Assembly: GCA_051656605.1 (NCBI GenBank)
Contig: JBOGCF010000026.1
Location: 7,148-71,147 of the forward strand
DNA from: Tannerellaceae bacterium
GTDB lineage: Bacteria; Bacteroidota; Bacteroidia; Bacteroidales; CAMTPD01
Reading direction: 5' to 3'
DNA: 64,000 nt
A program made the translations under genes and the position numbers. Each line of letters begins with the position of its first letter. The stretch's first letter is position 1. The notes below the pieces were generated by a model. The model had not been told where the DNA came from, did no database searches, and was given only the letters and a program-made list of their open reading frames with translations. Of the stretch, positions 45,680-54,536 are shown piece by piece.

Positions 45680-47299
45680 ATGAAAAAAATAGGAACTACG
45701 ATATTGACTTGCGCACTGCTATCGGGGATGATCAGTTGTAACGAGTCTGATTTCTTGGATTTGAATAATCCGAACAACGCCACTACAGAAGACTTCTGGA
45801 AATCTGAGAAGGATGCTGTGGCAGCCATGGCAACGGTCTACTCGCCTATACGCGGACAAATGTATGGTTACTGGGGAGGTTTTACCGGCTTCCAAAATAT
45901 GAACGTACGGGCCGATGATACGTGGGCGCTGGTCGACGACCCCGAAACGTGGAAGATTACTACTTTCGTCAATACGCCGACATCGGATCGTATGGACTTT
46001 GACAAAATGTACAAAAGCATTCACCGTGCCAATGTTTTCTTGGCAAATGTAGATAACGTGCCGATGGAAGACGCAAAGAAAGCCGAAATGACAGGTGAGG
46101 CTAAGTTCTTGCGTGCCTTCAATTACTTCTTGTTGGTAACTAACTTTGGAGAAGTACCATTACGCATTAAGGTTGTAGAAGGCAGTGAAGACGCAGCATT
46201 GGCAAGCAGTTCGGAGGCAGATATCTGGAAGCAAATCGAAGCAGACCTTACAGATGCGATGAATGCGCTGCCGGTAGCACGTCCCGAAAAGGAGAAAGGT
46301 CGCGTTGAAAAAGGAGCTGCAGTAGCTTATCTTGGCAAAGCTTATTTGTATCAACAGAAATACGCTGAGGCGGAACAACTCTTGGCAACTTTGATGACAA
46401 CACCGTATGCATACGGATTGATGGACCAGTACGAACACAACTTCACACCCGAGTTTGAGCTCAACAAAGAGTCGATATTCGAATTGTGCTATGCGAAGTT
46501 TGGTAGCGGTTCTTGGGGGCAAGAAGGAGTGAACGATACACAGGGCGTGATTATTCCGCAAATGATCGGGACTCCGCTTACAGGAGGATGGTTCAAGCTG
46601 ATGCCTACCACTGCGATAGTAGACGAGTTTATGATCGAAGAGCGTCCCGAGGGTTCCGACTCGAAGTTTGATAAGCGGATGTACACATCCTTCTTCTTTA
46701 AGTACTCCGACTTTGGAGATGTAAAGGAAGATGCCAAATGGTATGGCAGTCGTTACGATATGGATCAGTTGTGGGAGTCTACAAAAGGAAAACGCGAAAC
46801 AGGCGGAGCACCCGACTTTACCAAGTTTGGCGGAGAAAAAGGGCGCTTCCTAATCAAGAAGTTTACCAGCTTCTATATGGATAATAAAAACGGAGACTCG
46901 ATGTACGAGACTACACCGATCGACAACAACCTCCGCGTGATGCGTTATGCCGAAGTCTTACTCATGTATGCTGAGGCGGCTACTCAAAACGGAAACCTTG
47001 CAGGGGCAAACAATGCGCTGGCTCAGATCCGCGAGCGTGCCGGATTAGAAGCAAAAACATTTGCCTCGGGAAACGAGCTGATTGCAGAGATTATGCATCA
47101 GAATATGTTGGAGTTTTACTTTGAAGGACACCGCTTCTTCGACTTGAAACGTTGGTACAACTATGAAGGGATGAAAGCAGTATTGATCGAAAACAACAAG
47201 CAAGGCGTGGATAACTTTGAGCCGAAACACTTCGTTTATCCCATACCACAAGGTGAGTTGAATACCAATACCGCAATCAAGCAAAACCCATTGTGGTAA
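45680..47299 (+). CDS. susD: SusD/RagB-family nutrient-binding lipoprotein
   Basis: Lipobox LSGMISC. SusD-like TPR core with the C-terminal motif FEGHRFFDLKRW. The start at 45680 (MKKIG) is preferred over 45647. Confidence 0.92.
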   Translation: MKKIGTTILTCALLSGMISCNESDFLDLNNPNNATTEDFWKSEKDAVAAMATVYSPIRGQMYGYWGGFTGFQNMNVRADDTWALVDDPETWKITTFVNTPTSDRMDFDKMYKSIHRANVFLANVDNVPMEDAKKAEMTGEAKFLRAFNYFLLVTNFGEVPLRIKVVEGSEDAALASSSEADIWKQIEADLTDAMNALPVARPEKEKGRVEKGAAVAYLGKAYLYQQKYAEAEQLLATLMTTPYAYGLMDQYEHNFTPEFELNKESIFELCYAKFGSGSWGQEGVNDTQGVIIPQMIGTPLTGGWFKLMPTTAIVDEFMIEERPEGSDSKFDKRMYTSFFFKYSDFGDVKEDAKWYGSRYDMDQLWESTKGKRETGGAPDFTKFGGEKGRFLIKKFTSFYMDNKNGDSMYETTPIDNNLRVMRYAEVLLMYAEAATQNGNLAGANNALAQIRERAGLEAKTFASGNELIAEIMHQNMLEFYFEGHRFFDLKRWYNYEGMKAVLIENNKQGVDNFEPKHFVYPIPQGELNTNTAIKQNPLW

Positions 47300-47346
47300 A
47301 AGATAAAACCTTTTATGGTAATGTAGTAAGTTAGTAATGGGTAGAG

Positions 47347-47386
47347 AACCGGGGAGGGAGAGGTAGTCCTTTCCCGGTTTTTTCGT
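47347..47386 (+). terminator. Intrinsic terminator after susD
   Basis: 9-bp stem AACCGGGGA / TTCCCGGTT (one G:U) followed by a T6 run. Confidence 0.7.
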
Positions 47387-47411
47387 TTGTTTGTGCTAAA
47401 ACTGAAGTCAC

Positions 47412-49193
47412 ATGAAAAAACAAATCTTGCTTATACTTTACGTATGCTCAGCTTATTTACTGTCGAGCTGTACCGCCGGCGACGACTCCGGGCAGCTGAA
47501 TCCAAGCATCGATCACATCGAAAGCATACTTTCTCGAGGGCGGCTACTGCTCGATGCAGAAGAACGAAATCAAACACTTTTCCTTTATTTCGAGAGCGAT
47601 ACCGTTTCCCTTTCTGCCGATGCGTATATCGATTGTACGGTACAAAAAGAGAAGTGGACCACCATGTTACGTTTATTCGACAACCACACCCTGCAAATAC
47701 CTACCTTGGGAACTTCGCTGGGCATAAAGAGCGAAAACATTGCAGTAAACGTATCCGGATATGCGCCGCTGTCGGCTCAGGTCGACTTGTCGCTACCCAT
47801 TGAAGGACGTGTAAAGGTTGGTATCAACGGGCGCACCGATACCCTTTGTTCCGTTACCCACTTGTCTGACAAGTACGGATACAATCACGTGGTCGACATT
47901 CACGGCATGTACCCCGATGCTTTAAACAAAGTGTATATCAGTTTGACCGATAAAGACGGCAACATAAGGCTCACCGACAGCATCAACATACAAACCCAAT
48001 CCATCGAATCCATCCTATTGCCCAAGATCGCAATCACAACGTGCAACAAGCAACAACTCGACGGCCATTTTATTTTCGTAAATTACCTGGGCGAAAGCGA
48101 GGTAGACCCTGTGTGTCCGTTCGTGATGGATAGCGACGGAAGTATACGATGGCTGCTTTCGTTGAAGCAACACCCCAAGCTCGGCAATCTCAACGGAGGC
48201 TGTGGTTTTCACCGTCTTCGCAACGGCAACTTCGTGTGTGGCGATGTGATTTCGGGGATGATCTTCGAGATAAACCTGTGGGGAGAGGTCGTAAACGAAT
48301 GGTCGCTTCGAAGCAAAGGCTACGAGTTTCACCACGAGATCATCGAGATACCAAGCGGCAACTTCATTATTACTGTAAGCAAAACCAGCAGTTATCACCT
48401 TTCGGGAGTAGCAACAATCGAAGATGTCATCGTAGAGATCGACCGCCAAACGGGCAATGTCGTGCGCGAGTGGGACCTAAAGGAGTCGCTCGATGAATAC
48501 AGAAACCTGCTCAAATCGCCCGCTATTCCGGGATACAACGATTGGGCACACTGCAATGCAGTTTTGTATGATGAAAAAGACAATACCCTTATCGTGTCGT
48601 CGCGTTTTCAGGGACTGGTCAAACTAACCATGGATAATAGCCCCGTATGGATTGCTTCGCCGCACAAAGGGTGGGGGCAAAATCGAAAAGGGATGTCACT
48701 AGCAGGAAATCTGTTGAATCCGATCGCGGAAGATGGACGAGCAATCACCGATGCAGCCGTGTTGCAAGGAGATGCCAACATGTCGGGATTCGACTGGTCG
48801 TGGGGTGGTCACAATCCGGTCTTGTTGTCCGATGGTTCGATTCTGATGTTCGATAACGGCTTTTCCCGTTGTTACAAAGACGACTCACCCTATAGCCGGG
48901 CCGTGATTTACAAGGTTGATGAAACCAACAAAACCATCCGTCAGCAATGGAGCTACGGAAAGCAGCGCGGCGAAGAAACCTATGCATGGGCCGTGTCGGG
49001 TGTGCAGTATCTGCCCCGTACCGATCATGTCTTGTTTTGCCCCGGTATCGACACCCCCAACAGCAACGGAGTGGGAGGAAAGATCATCGAGATAGACCGT
49101 GCCACCCATCAAGTCTGCTTCGAAGCCCACCTGTCTACCTATTGCAAGATTGCCTTTCACAGGGCCTTTAAGCAGTCAATTTATAACAACTAA
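47412..49193 (+). CDS. Arylsulfotransferase (ASST)-like beta-propeller lipoprotein, tentative
   Basis: 593 aa with lipobox LLSSC. An N-terminal Arylsulfotran_N-like region (HVVDIHGMYPDALNKVYISL) and propeller-region motifs (EFHHEI, NDWAHCNAV). The length matches ASST proteins. Confidence 0.5.
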   Translation: MKKQILLILYVCSAYLLSSCTAGDDSGQLNPSIDHIESILSRGRLLLDAEERNQTLFLYFESDTVSLSADAYIDCTVQKEKWTTMLRLFDNHTLQIPTLGTSLGIKSENIAVNVSGYAPLSAQVDLSLPIEGRVKVGINGRTDTLCSVTHLSDKYGYNHVVDIHGMYPDALNKVYISLTDKDGNIRLTDSINIQTQSIESILLPKIAITTCNKQQLDGHFIFVNYLGESEVDPVCPFVMDSDGSIRWLLSLKQHPKLGNLNGGCGFHRLRNGNFVCGDVISGMIFEINLWGEVVNEWSLRSKGYEFHHEIIEIPSGNFIITVSKTSSYHLSGVATIEDVIVEIDRQTGNVVREWDLKESLDEYRNLLKSPAIPGYNDWAHCNAVLYDEKDNTLIVSSRFQGLVKLTMDNSPVWIASPHKGWGQNRKGMSLAGNLLNPIAEDGRAITDAAVLQGDANMSGFDWSWGGHNPVLLSDGSILMFDNGFSRCYKDDSPYSRAVIYKVDETNKTIRQQWSYGKQRGEETYAWAVSGVQYLPRTDHVLFCPGIDTPNSNGVGGKIIEIDRATHQVCFEAHLSTYCKIAFHRAFKQSIYNN

Positions 49194-49285
49194 AAAGCAC
49201 CGCGATGCGTGTCATGTCTCTGTAGCCGCACTGTTTACTTGTAGGTTAATTAATGATACAACGAGCAGATATGCAAAATATATAC

Positions 49286-49293
49286 TATCTTTG
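49286..49293 (+). promoter_or_regulatory. Candidate -7 box TATCTTTG for DEAD-box helicase 1
   Basis: TAnnTTTG match 49 nt upstream of the ATG at 49342. Confidence 0.45.
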
Positions 49294-49341
49294 CAAGCTC
49301 AAAAAAACGAATACAAGCCGAGACGGCTACAGATACATTAC

Positions 49342-50811
49342 ATGACATTTGAAAATTTAAAACTTTCGGAAGCGCTTCTTAAAGCCGTGTCCGAGCAAGG
49401 TTATATAAATCCTACGCCTATTCAGGCAGAAGCTATTCCTATTATCTTAGAAGGTGAAGATCTTTTTGGTTGTGCCCAGACGGGTACAGGCAAGACTGCC
49501 GCATTCTCGATACCGATCATCCAATTGCTCGAAAAGCAGGTGGGACGCACGCGTAAGCATGGCGTGAAAGCATTGATCCTGACTCCAACGCGCGAACTCG
49601 CAATCCAGATTGGCGAATGTTTCGACGCGTACGCAACACATACGTTGATTTCGCACACCGTGATCTTTGGTGGAGTTTCGGCAAAGCCGCAAATCGACGC
49701 GCTTCGTCGCGGAGTTGATGTGGTAATTGCTACGCCGGGCCGATTGCTCGACCTCAACAATCAAGGACACCTTTCGCTGAAAGACTTGTCGTTCTTTGTT
49801 CTTGATGAGGCGGATCGTATGCTCGACATGGGCTTTATTCACGACATTCGTCGCATTTTGCCGTTGCTTCCCGAAAAAAGACAATCGCTTTTCTTCTCGG
49901 CAACCATGCCGTCGGAGATTGTCGGTTTGGCTTCGAAGATCTTGAAGTTCCCACGCAAAATCGAGGTAACACCCGTATCCTCTACCGTAGATAAGATTGA
50001 ACAACACGTATACTTTGTAGAGAAAGCAGACAAACGAAACCTGCTGATCGAAGTACTTCAACAGCATGATATCGAATCGGTTCTTATCTTTTCGCGTACC
50101 AAACACGGTGCCGACCGCATTTCGAAGATGCTAAACAAAGAAGGCATCAAGGCCGACGCAATCCACGGCGACAAGTCGCAAACGGCGCGTCAACGTGCTT
50201 TGTCCAACTTCAAAAGCAAAGAATCGAAAGTGCTTATCGCAACAGATATCGCAGCTCGTGGTATTGACGTAGATCACTTATCGCACGTAATCAATTACGA
50301 CATTCCGAACATTGCCGAAACCTATGTGCATCGTATCGGTCGCACCGGTAGAGCAGGGCGCGAAGGTATGGCCATTTCGTTTTGCGATACCGAGGAAGTA
50401 GAATACTTGCACCAGATTAAGAAGCTGACAGGAGCGAAGATCAATATCAACGACTCGCACAATGCAGCATCGAAGATCATTATGGATGCATTCAAAGCCA
50501 TGCAGTTGCCAAAAACAATGACCAAGGCTGAGGGAACGCAGAGCGCTAGTCGCAAAAAAGAGCAACCTTGGAAACGAGGCAAAAAAGACGGCAAACCACA
50601 ATCGAGTCAAGGCGGTAAGCCGCAAGGTCAAGGTGGTAAGTCACAAAGCGCAAGCGGCAAACCGCAACAAAAGCGAGATGATCGAAGATCAAGCTCTGCT
50701 TCTAAGTCGGAAAACCGTCGTCCCGAAAACAGATGGGGCAAGTCGGACCGTCGCTCGGGCTCCGCATCGGGCAAGCCTGCGCACCGCGGTTCTCAACGCG
50801 AACGCCGATAA
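49342..50811 (+). CDS. DEAD-box ATP-dependent RNA helicase with a basic Gly/Lys/Gln/Arg-rich C-terminal tail
   Basis: Q-motif TPIQ, AQTGTGKT, PTRELA, VLDEADRM, SAT, HRIGRTGRAG. The start at 49342 (MTFENLKL) is preferred. The ORF-track start at 49099 overlaps the upstream gene. Confidence 0.92.
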   Translation: MTFENLKLSEALLKAVSEQGYINPTPIQAEAIPIILEGEDLFGCAQTGTGKTAAFSIPIIQLLEKQVGRTRKHGVKALILTPTRELAIQIGECFDAYATHTLISHTVIFGGVSAKPQIDALRRGVDVVIATPGRLLDLNNQGHLSLKDLSFFVLDEADRMLDMGFIHDIRRILPLLPEKRQSLFFSATMPSEIVGLASKILKFPRKIEVTPVSSTVDKIEQHVYFVEKADKRNLLIEVLQQHDIESVLIFSRTKHGADRISKMLNKEGIKADAIHGDKSQTARQRALSNFKSKESKVLIATDIAARGIDVDHLSHVINYDIPNIAETYVHRIGRTGRAGREGMAISFCDTEEVEYLHQIKKLTGAKININDSHNAASKIIMDAFKAMQLPKTMTKAEGTQSASRKKEQPWKRGKKDGKPQSSQGGKPQGQGGKSQSASGKPQQKRDDRRSSSASKSENRRPENRWGKSDRRSGSASGKPAHRGSQRERR

Positions 50812-50884
50812 ATAAAACCGGTACGTAAAGCATCGTCTTTGCGTACGACAAATAATCCTGCGATTTATAGATCCGGGATCACTC

Positions 50885-50935
50885 AAGCGTCTCATGCTAT
50901 CATAACAACGATAGCACGAGACGCTTTTTTATTTT
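50885..50935 (+). terminator. Intrinsic terminator after helicase 1
   Basis: Long stem AAGCGTCTC-TGCTATC / GATAGCA-GAGACGCTT followed by TTTTTTATTTTT. Confidence 0.85.
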
Positions 50936-51082
50936 TATATAATATATCATCTGCGTAAACAAAAGATAAGACCAATAAACATAGCAAATGTAAAATGCGA
51001 CATTCTTTATCGATTCCCATTTATATCATTATCAACAATTAAGCGCATCGTCGTGTTTGACAAAGTACACACGTAAAGATCG

Positions 51083-52366
51083 ATGTTGATTATGAAGAGT
51101 TCGAAGCGATATATTATAATGGGATTGTTGCTATTCATGCTATTTGCATGCAGTCGCACTACTTTCGTTACGCAAAGTTTCTACAAGATCTTTCCTGTAG
51201 AAGTGGAAAAAGCAACCATCCCGCCCGAAGGCTACAGTTTGGTTTATGTAAATCATCTGGGGCGAAACAACTACAGTTACTCCTCCAATACCGAGCAGAT
51301 CAATTACCTGCTCGACGTACTTTACAATGCCTATTCGCAAGGCGCACTTACCTCGAAAGGGGAAGCGCTGAAGAATGCCTTAAGTGCCAATTTGGCTTTT
51401 ATGCAAGGGCGAAAAGGGGGAGCTTCGGCCATCGAAACCGACTGGCAACGAGCATCGGCCCAAGAGATGCAAGCCGACTATCCGGGTGCATTCGACAAAT
51501 CGATCTGCCTCATTGCATCCAACGATTTACGTGCCATGCAAAGTATGGTTGCTTTTGCAAGTGTCTTACTCAATACACCGGTTGCTTCGCGTATGCACAT
51601 TATGGCACAAGGGGATGTAGATCCTTTGTTGGGATTTTATAAGTTGAGCGATCAGTTTATCACTTATCAAAACAACGTGATGAGTTCGATGGCTCCGAGT
51701 TACAATTTCGACCCCAATGAGCTGTTGGAACAACTGTTTACCGACGATTTTTTGCAGTCTATGCCAAACGGATATACCTTTTGCACCGGATTGTATGATG
51801 TCTATAAACAAAGTGAGCAGCCGGGTACACTGGTTGCATTGCCTTCGTTGAAGCAAAAAGGAGTATTCGAATTGCTCGATGCCCGAGGCAATGATTTGAA
51901 ATATAAAATCTATGGTCCCGATCCCAAAGCCGACGGTCTCAATTCGGAAATCTCCTATCCGCTGCTCAGCGACTTTATTGCAACGGTAGATGGTGCGCTC
52001 GAGAGTGATACGCTTTCCGGTGTATTCCGCTTTGCGAGTGAGGAGGTATTTGCCCCGTTGCTTGTATTGATGGAGGTGGCTTCTCCCGCTCAAGGTGCGA
52101 CTGCACCACTCGAAACTTCTTGGAATTACGCAGCGTGGGTACCAACCGGTGCCGACATCAAATGGATTGTTTATAAAAACAATGCCGACGATGTGCTGGT
52201 AAAGATGGAGGTGAATGGGAAGGAGACCAACTTTCCGTTGCAATCGGACGTGGCGCCTTTTTATCGCTGGGCCGACGTGAAAACGTATTACCAAAACAAA
52301 CTAAACGGTCTCGGGATCGACGATCACCTACCGTTAGAATTGCAGATAAAATCTTACAGATTGTGA
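51083..52366 (+). CDS. Histidine-acid-phosphatase (MINPP/branch-2)-like lipoprotein with divergent catalytic motifs, tentative
   Basis: Lipobox LFAC. PEGYSLVYVNHLGRNNY aligns by eye with PEG..V..L.RHGxRxP. FASEEVFAPLLVLM aligns with F.HAE..PLL. 427 aa. Confidence 0.4.
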   Translation: MLIMKSSKRYIIMGLLLFMLFACSRTTFVTQSFYKIFPVEVEKATIPPEGYSLVYVNHLGRNNYSYSSNTEQINYLLDVLYNAYSQGALTSKGEALKNALSANLAFMQGRKGGASAIETDWQRASAQEMQADYPGAFDKSICLIASNDLRAMQSMVAFASVLLNTPVASRMHIMAQGDVDPLLGFYKLSDQFITYQNNVMSSMAPSYNFDPNELLEQLFTDDFLQSMPNGYTFCTGLYDVYKQSEQPGTLVALPSLKQKGVFELLDARGNDLKYKIYGPDPKADGLNSEISYPLLSDFIATVDGALESDTLSGVFRFASEEVFAPLLVLMEVASPAQGATAPLETSWNYAAWVPTGADIKWIVYKNNADDVLVKMEVNGKETNFPLQSDVAPFYRWADVKTYYQNKLNGLGIDDHLPLELQIKSYRL

Positions 52367-52394
52367 AATTGAAGAATCTGCCGTACATTCTTTA

Positions 52395-52402
52395 TACCTT
52401 TG
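52395..52402 (+). promoter_or_regulatory. Candidate -7 box TACCTTTG for DEAD-box helicase 2
   Basis: TAnnTTTG match 35 nt upstream of the ATG at 52437. Confidence 0.45.
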
Positions 52403-52436
52403 TATTTTAATTGCGCTAAGCTAAAATACAACATAC

Positions 52437-53663
52437 ATGACATTTGCAGATCTTCAACTCAATCAACGCATCCAATCTATCCTTTCTACGCAAGGCTTCG
52501 ACACGCCCACGGCAATACAGACCGAGGCGATTCCCGTGATTTTAGGGAATCACGACGTGCTGGCAAGCGCGCAAACGGGCACCGGCAAAACGGCGGCCTT
52601 CGCGCTTCCTATCCTGCACAGTCTTGAATTGTCGGCATCACGCGGAGCATTGAAAGCATTGATTTTGGCGCCTACGCGTGAGTTGGCTTTGCAAACCTAC
52701 GAGAGTATGCAACAGTGGATGGAGGGGAGTGATCTGCAAATGGCGGTGATCTACGGCGGAGTACCGTACGAAACGCAAATCGAAGCGCTTGGCAACCGCC
52801 CGGATGTCATTGTGGCTACGCCCGGTCGCCTGATCGACCTTTGGGAACAAGGGTATATTTCATTCTCCGATCTCATGTATTTTATACTCGATGAAGTGGA
52901 TCAAATGCTCGATCTTGGCTTTCAAGAAGCCATCGGCTTGCTTGCAAAGCAAAAGCCCGAGGCGTGTCGTTCGCTTTTCTTTTCGGCTACCATGCCGGCA
53001 GAGATCAAAGCTCTTGCCGACGCGATACTGAAAGATCCGGTTTATATTGCCGCTGCTCCGGTGGCTTCTACACTCGAAAACATCGACCAGTCTTTGTACT
53101 TTGCCGAAAGGGATATGATGGACAACTTGCTGATTCACCTAGTGCGCAAGTCTGGTTTCTCGTCCGGAATGGTTTTTACCCGCTCGCGCAAAGTGGCCGA
53201 TATACTGGCTTCGCATCTTACCGATGCAGGGTTTCCGGCCGAAGCCTTTCATAGCGACCGCAGTCAGGCCGCACGCGAATACATCTTGGGTCGTTTTAAG
53301 TCGGGCGAAACCAAACTATTGGTCGCTACCGATATCGCGGCGCGCGGCATTCATGTCGACGGACTTAGCCACGTGTTTAACTATGGTTTGCCGCAAATGT
53401 CGGAGACCTACATTCACCGTATCGGGCGCACCGGCCGAGCGGGGGCTTGCGGAATCGCACTTACGATTGCCGAGCCGCAGGAATATGGTATGTTTACCGA
53501 GGTTCAAAAACTCATGAAGCGCAGCGTGCCTGTGGTAGGAAACCATCCGTTCGTAACGCTTACTTTGCAAAAGGCGCTAATGGATGTGGTGGAGAAACAA
53601 AATAAACCCAAGCCGGCCGCAAAGGGAAGCAATAACAAGAAGAAGCGTTACCAACGACGCTGA
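52437..53663 (+). CDS. DEAD-box-family RNA helicase (motif II is DEVD)
   Basis: TAIQ, AQTGTGKT, PTRELA, ILDEVDQM, SAT, HRIGRTGRAG. 408 aa with a short Lys-rich tail. Confidence 0.9.
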   Translation: MTFADLQLNQRIQSILSTQGFDTPTAIQTEAIPVILGNHDVLASAQTGTGKTAAFALPILHSLELSASRGALKALILAPTRELALQTYESMQQWMEGSDLQMAVIYGGVPYETQIEALGNRPDVIVATPGRLIDLWEQGYISFSDLMYFILDEVDQMLDLGFQEAIGLLAKQKPEACRSLFFSATMPAEIKALADAILKDPVYIAAAPVASTLENIDQSLYFAERDMMDNLLIHLVRKSGFSSGMVFTRSRKVADILASHLTDAGFPAEAFHSDRSQAAREYILGRFKSGETKLLVATDIAARGIHVDGLSHVFNYGLPQMSETYIHRIGRTGRAGACGIALTIAEPQEYGMFTEVQKLMKRSVPVVGNHPFVTLTLQKALMDVVEKQNKPKPAAKGSNNKKKRYQRR

Positions 53664-53708
53664 TCACGGCATCGAATAACGGCAGTTTTCATATAGATTA
53701 AGCCTTGT

Positions 53709-53810
53709 GCCCCGGGGCTCCCATCTTTGCGAGCCCCGTGGTTCGTATTTGCGTGGGCCCACACAAAGACTGACCAGGGCCCACAACCATCTTTGCGTGG
53801 GCCCACGCAA
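53709..53810. repeat. Cluster of GC-rich extragenic palindromes (REP-like)
   Basis: Contains GCCCCGGGGC (53709-53718) and hairpin GGGGCTC[CCATCTTTGC]GAGCCCC (53714-53737). Also the near-palindrome TTTGCGTGGGCCCACACAAA (53748-53767) and hairpin GGGCCCAC[AACCATCTTTGC]GTGGGCCC (53777-53804). A perfect 18-bp palindrome TTGCGTGGGCCCACGCAA lies at 53793-53810. Confidence 0.75.
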
Positions 53811-53893
53811 GGTTTAGTTGTCACGTAGTTTATGCTTGTTTATTGTACGATGCGTTTCTAATCGTCGATACGAACGTCTTTATATATAGAAGT

Positions 53894-53942
53894 AAAAAAT
53901 CCCGCCTGTAAGCATTTATTACGATGCTTTCAGGCGGGATTA
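53894..53942 (-). terminator. Intrinsic terminator of the DUF3127 gene
   Basis: Stem AATCCCGCCTG / CAGGCGGGATT with inner AAGCAT/ATGCTT pairing. A T6 run follows on the minus strand. Confidence 0.85.
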
Positions 53943-54000
53943 TTTATGTTTAAATCCAAAAAACGTTTGGCAAAGCTATGGCGTTTGCGTTGGTTTTTGA

Positions 54001-54348
54001 TTAGAAAGGAAGATCATCTTGCTGTGCAGGTTCCAAAGGCATATCGTTGAAGTCTGGCATTGGTGATCCGGCCGGAGCAGCATTTTCTTGTCCTTCGATG
54101 TTCCAAGCTTTTAGATCTGTATACCATCTTCCGTTATACTCGCGACTCTCTACGTCAAAATCGACAGAAACGGTTGAGCCTATCGCGAATGATTCCACAT
54201 TAAACTTGTCTCCCCACAATGAGAAGCAAACTTTTTTAGGATACTGATCTTCGGTTTCGATCACAAAGTTTTGCTTTTTCCATACCCCATTGCGTCCTTC
54301 GCCTGTTTGTGTAGGCAGAACCAAAATCATTTTACCGGAAATTTTCAT
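54001..54348 (-). CDS. DUF3127-family small protein (OB-fold-like), function unknown
   Basis: 115 aa. MKISGKMILVLPTQTGEGRNGVWKKQNFVIETEDQYPKKVCFSLWGDK matches my recollection of Bacteroidetes DUF3127 proteins. Confidence 0.7.
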   Translation of the reverse strand: MKISGKMILVLPTQTGEGRNGVWKKQNFVIETEDQYPKKVCFSLWGDKFNVESFAIGSTVSVDFDVESREYNGRWYTDLKAWNIEGQENAAPAGSPMPDFNDMPLEPAQQDDLPF

Positions 54349-54536
54349 TCTCTAAGATTTATATAAATATGAATAGTTTCATCATTTGTAAAGAAAAACA
54401 AATTAACGTTATCTATCTAATACAAAATAAAAGACGTTTGTTATAAAGAAAATCGCTAATCATTACTCAGCGCGAGTATGCAAAGATAAGAGATTTACCG
54501 TTTATATAGATGTTCAATAAATATAATTAGAGAGAT

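Noticed and set aside
50530-50811. Repetitive GGKPQ/GGKSQ/SGKPQ coding repeats at the 3' end of helicase 1
   Set aside because: Basic low-complexity C-terminal tails are a common auxiliary RNA-binding feature of bacterial DEAD-box helicases. It is in frame and not an independent element.
51566-52294. 242-aa ORF antisense to the phosphatase-like lipoprotein gene
   Set aside because: The + strand frame is longer and has a lipoprotein signal and recognisable fold motifs. The antisense frame is Arg/His/Ile-rich with no motifs.
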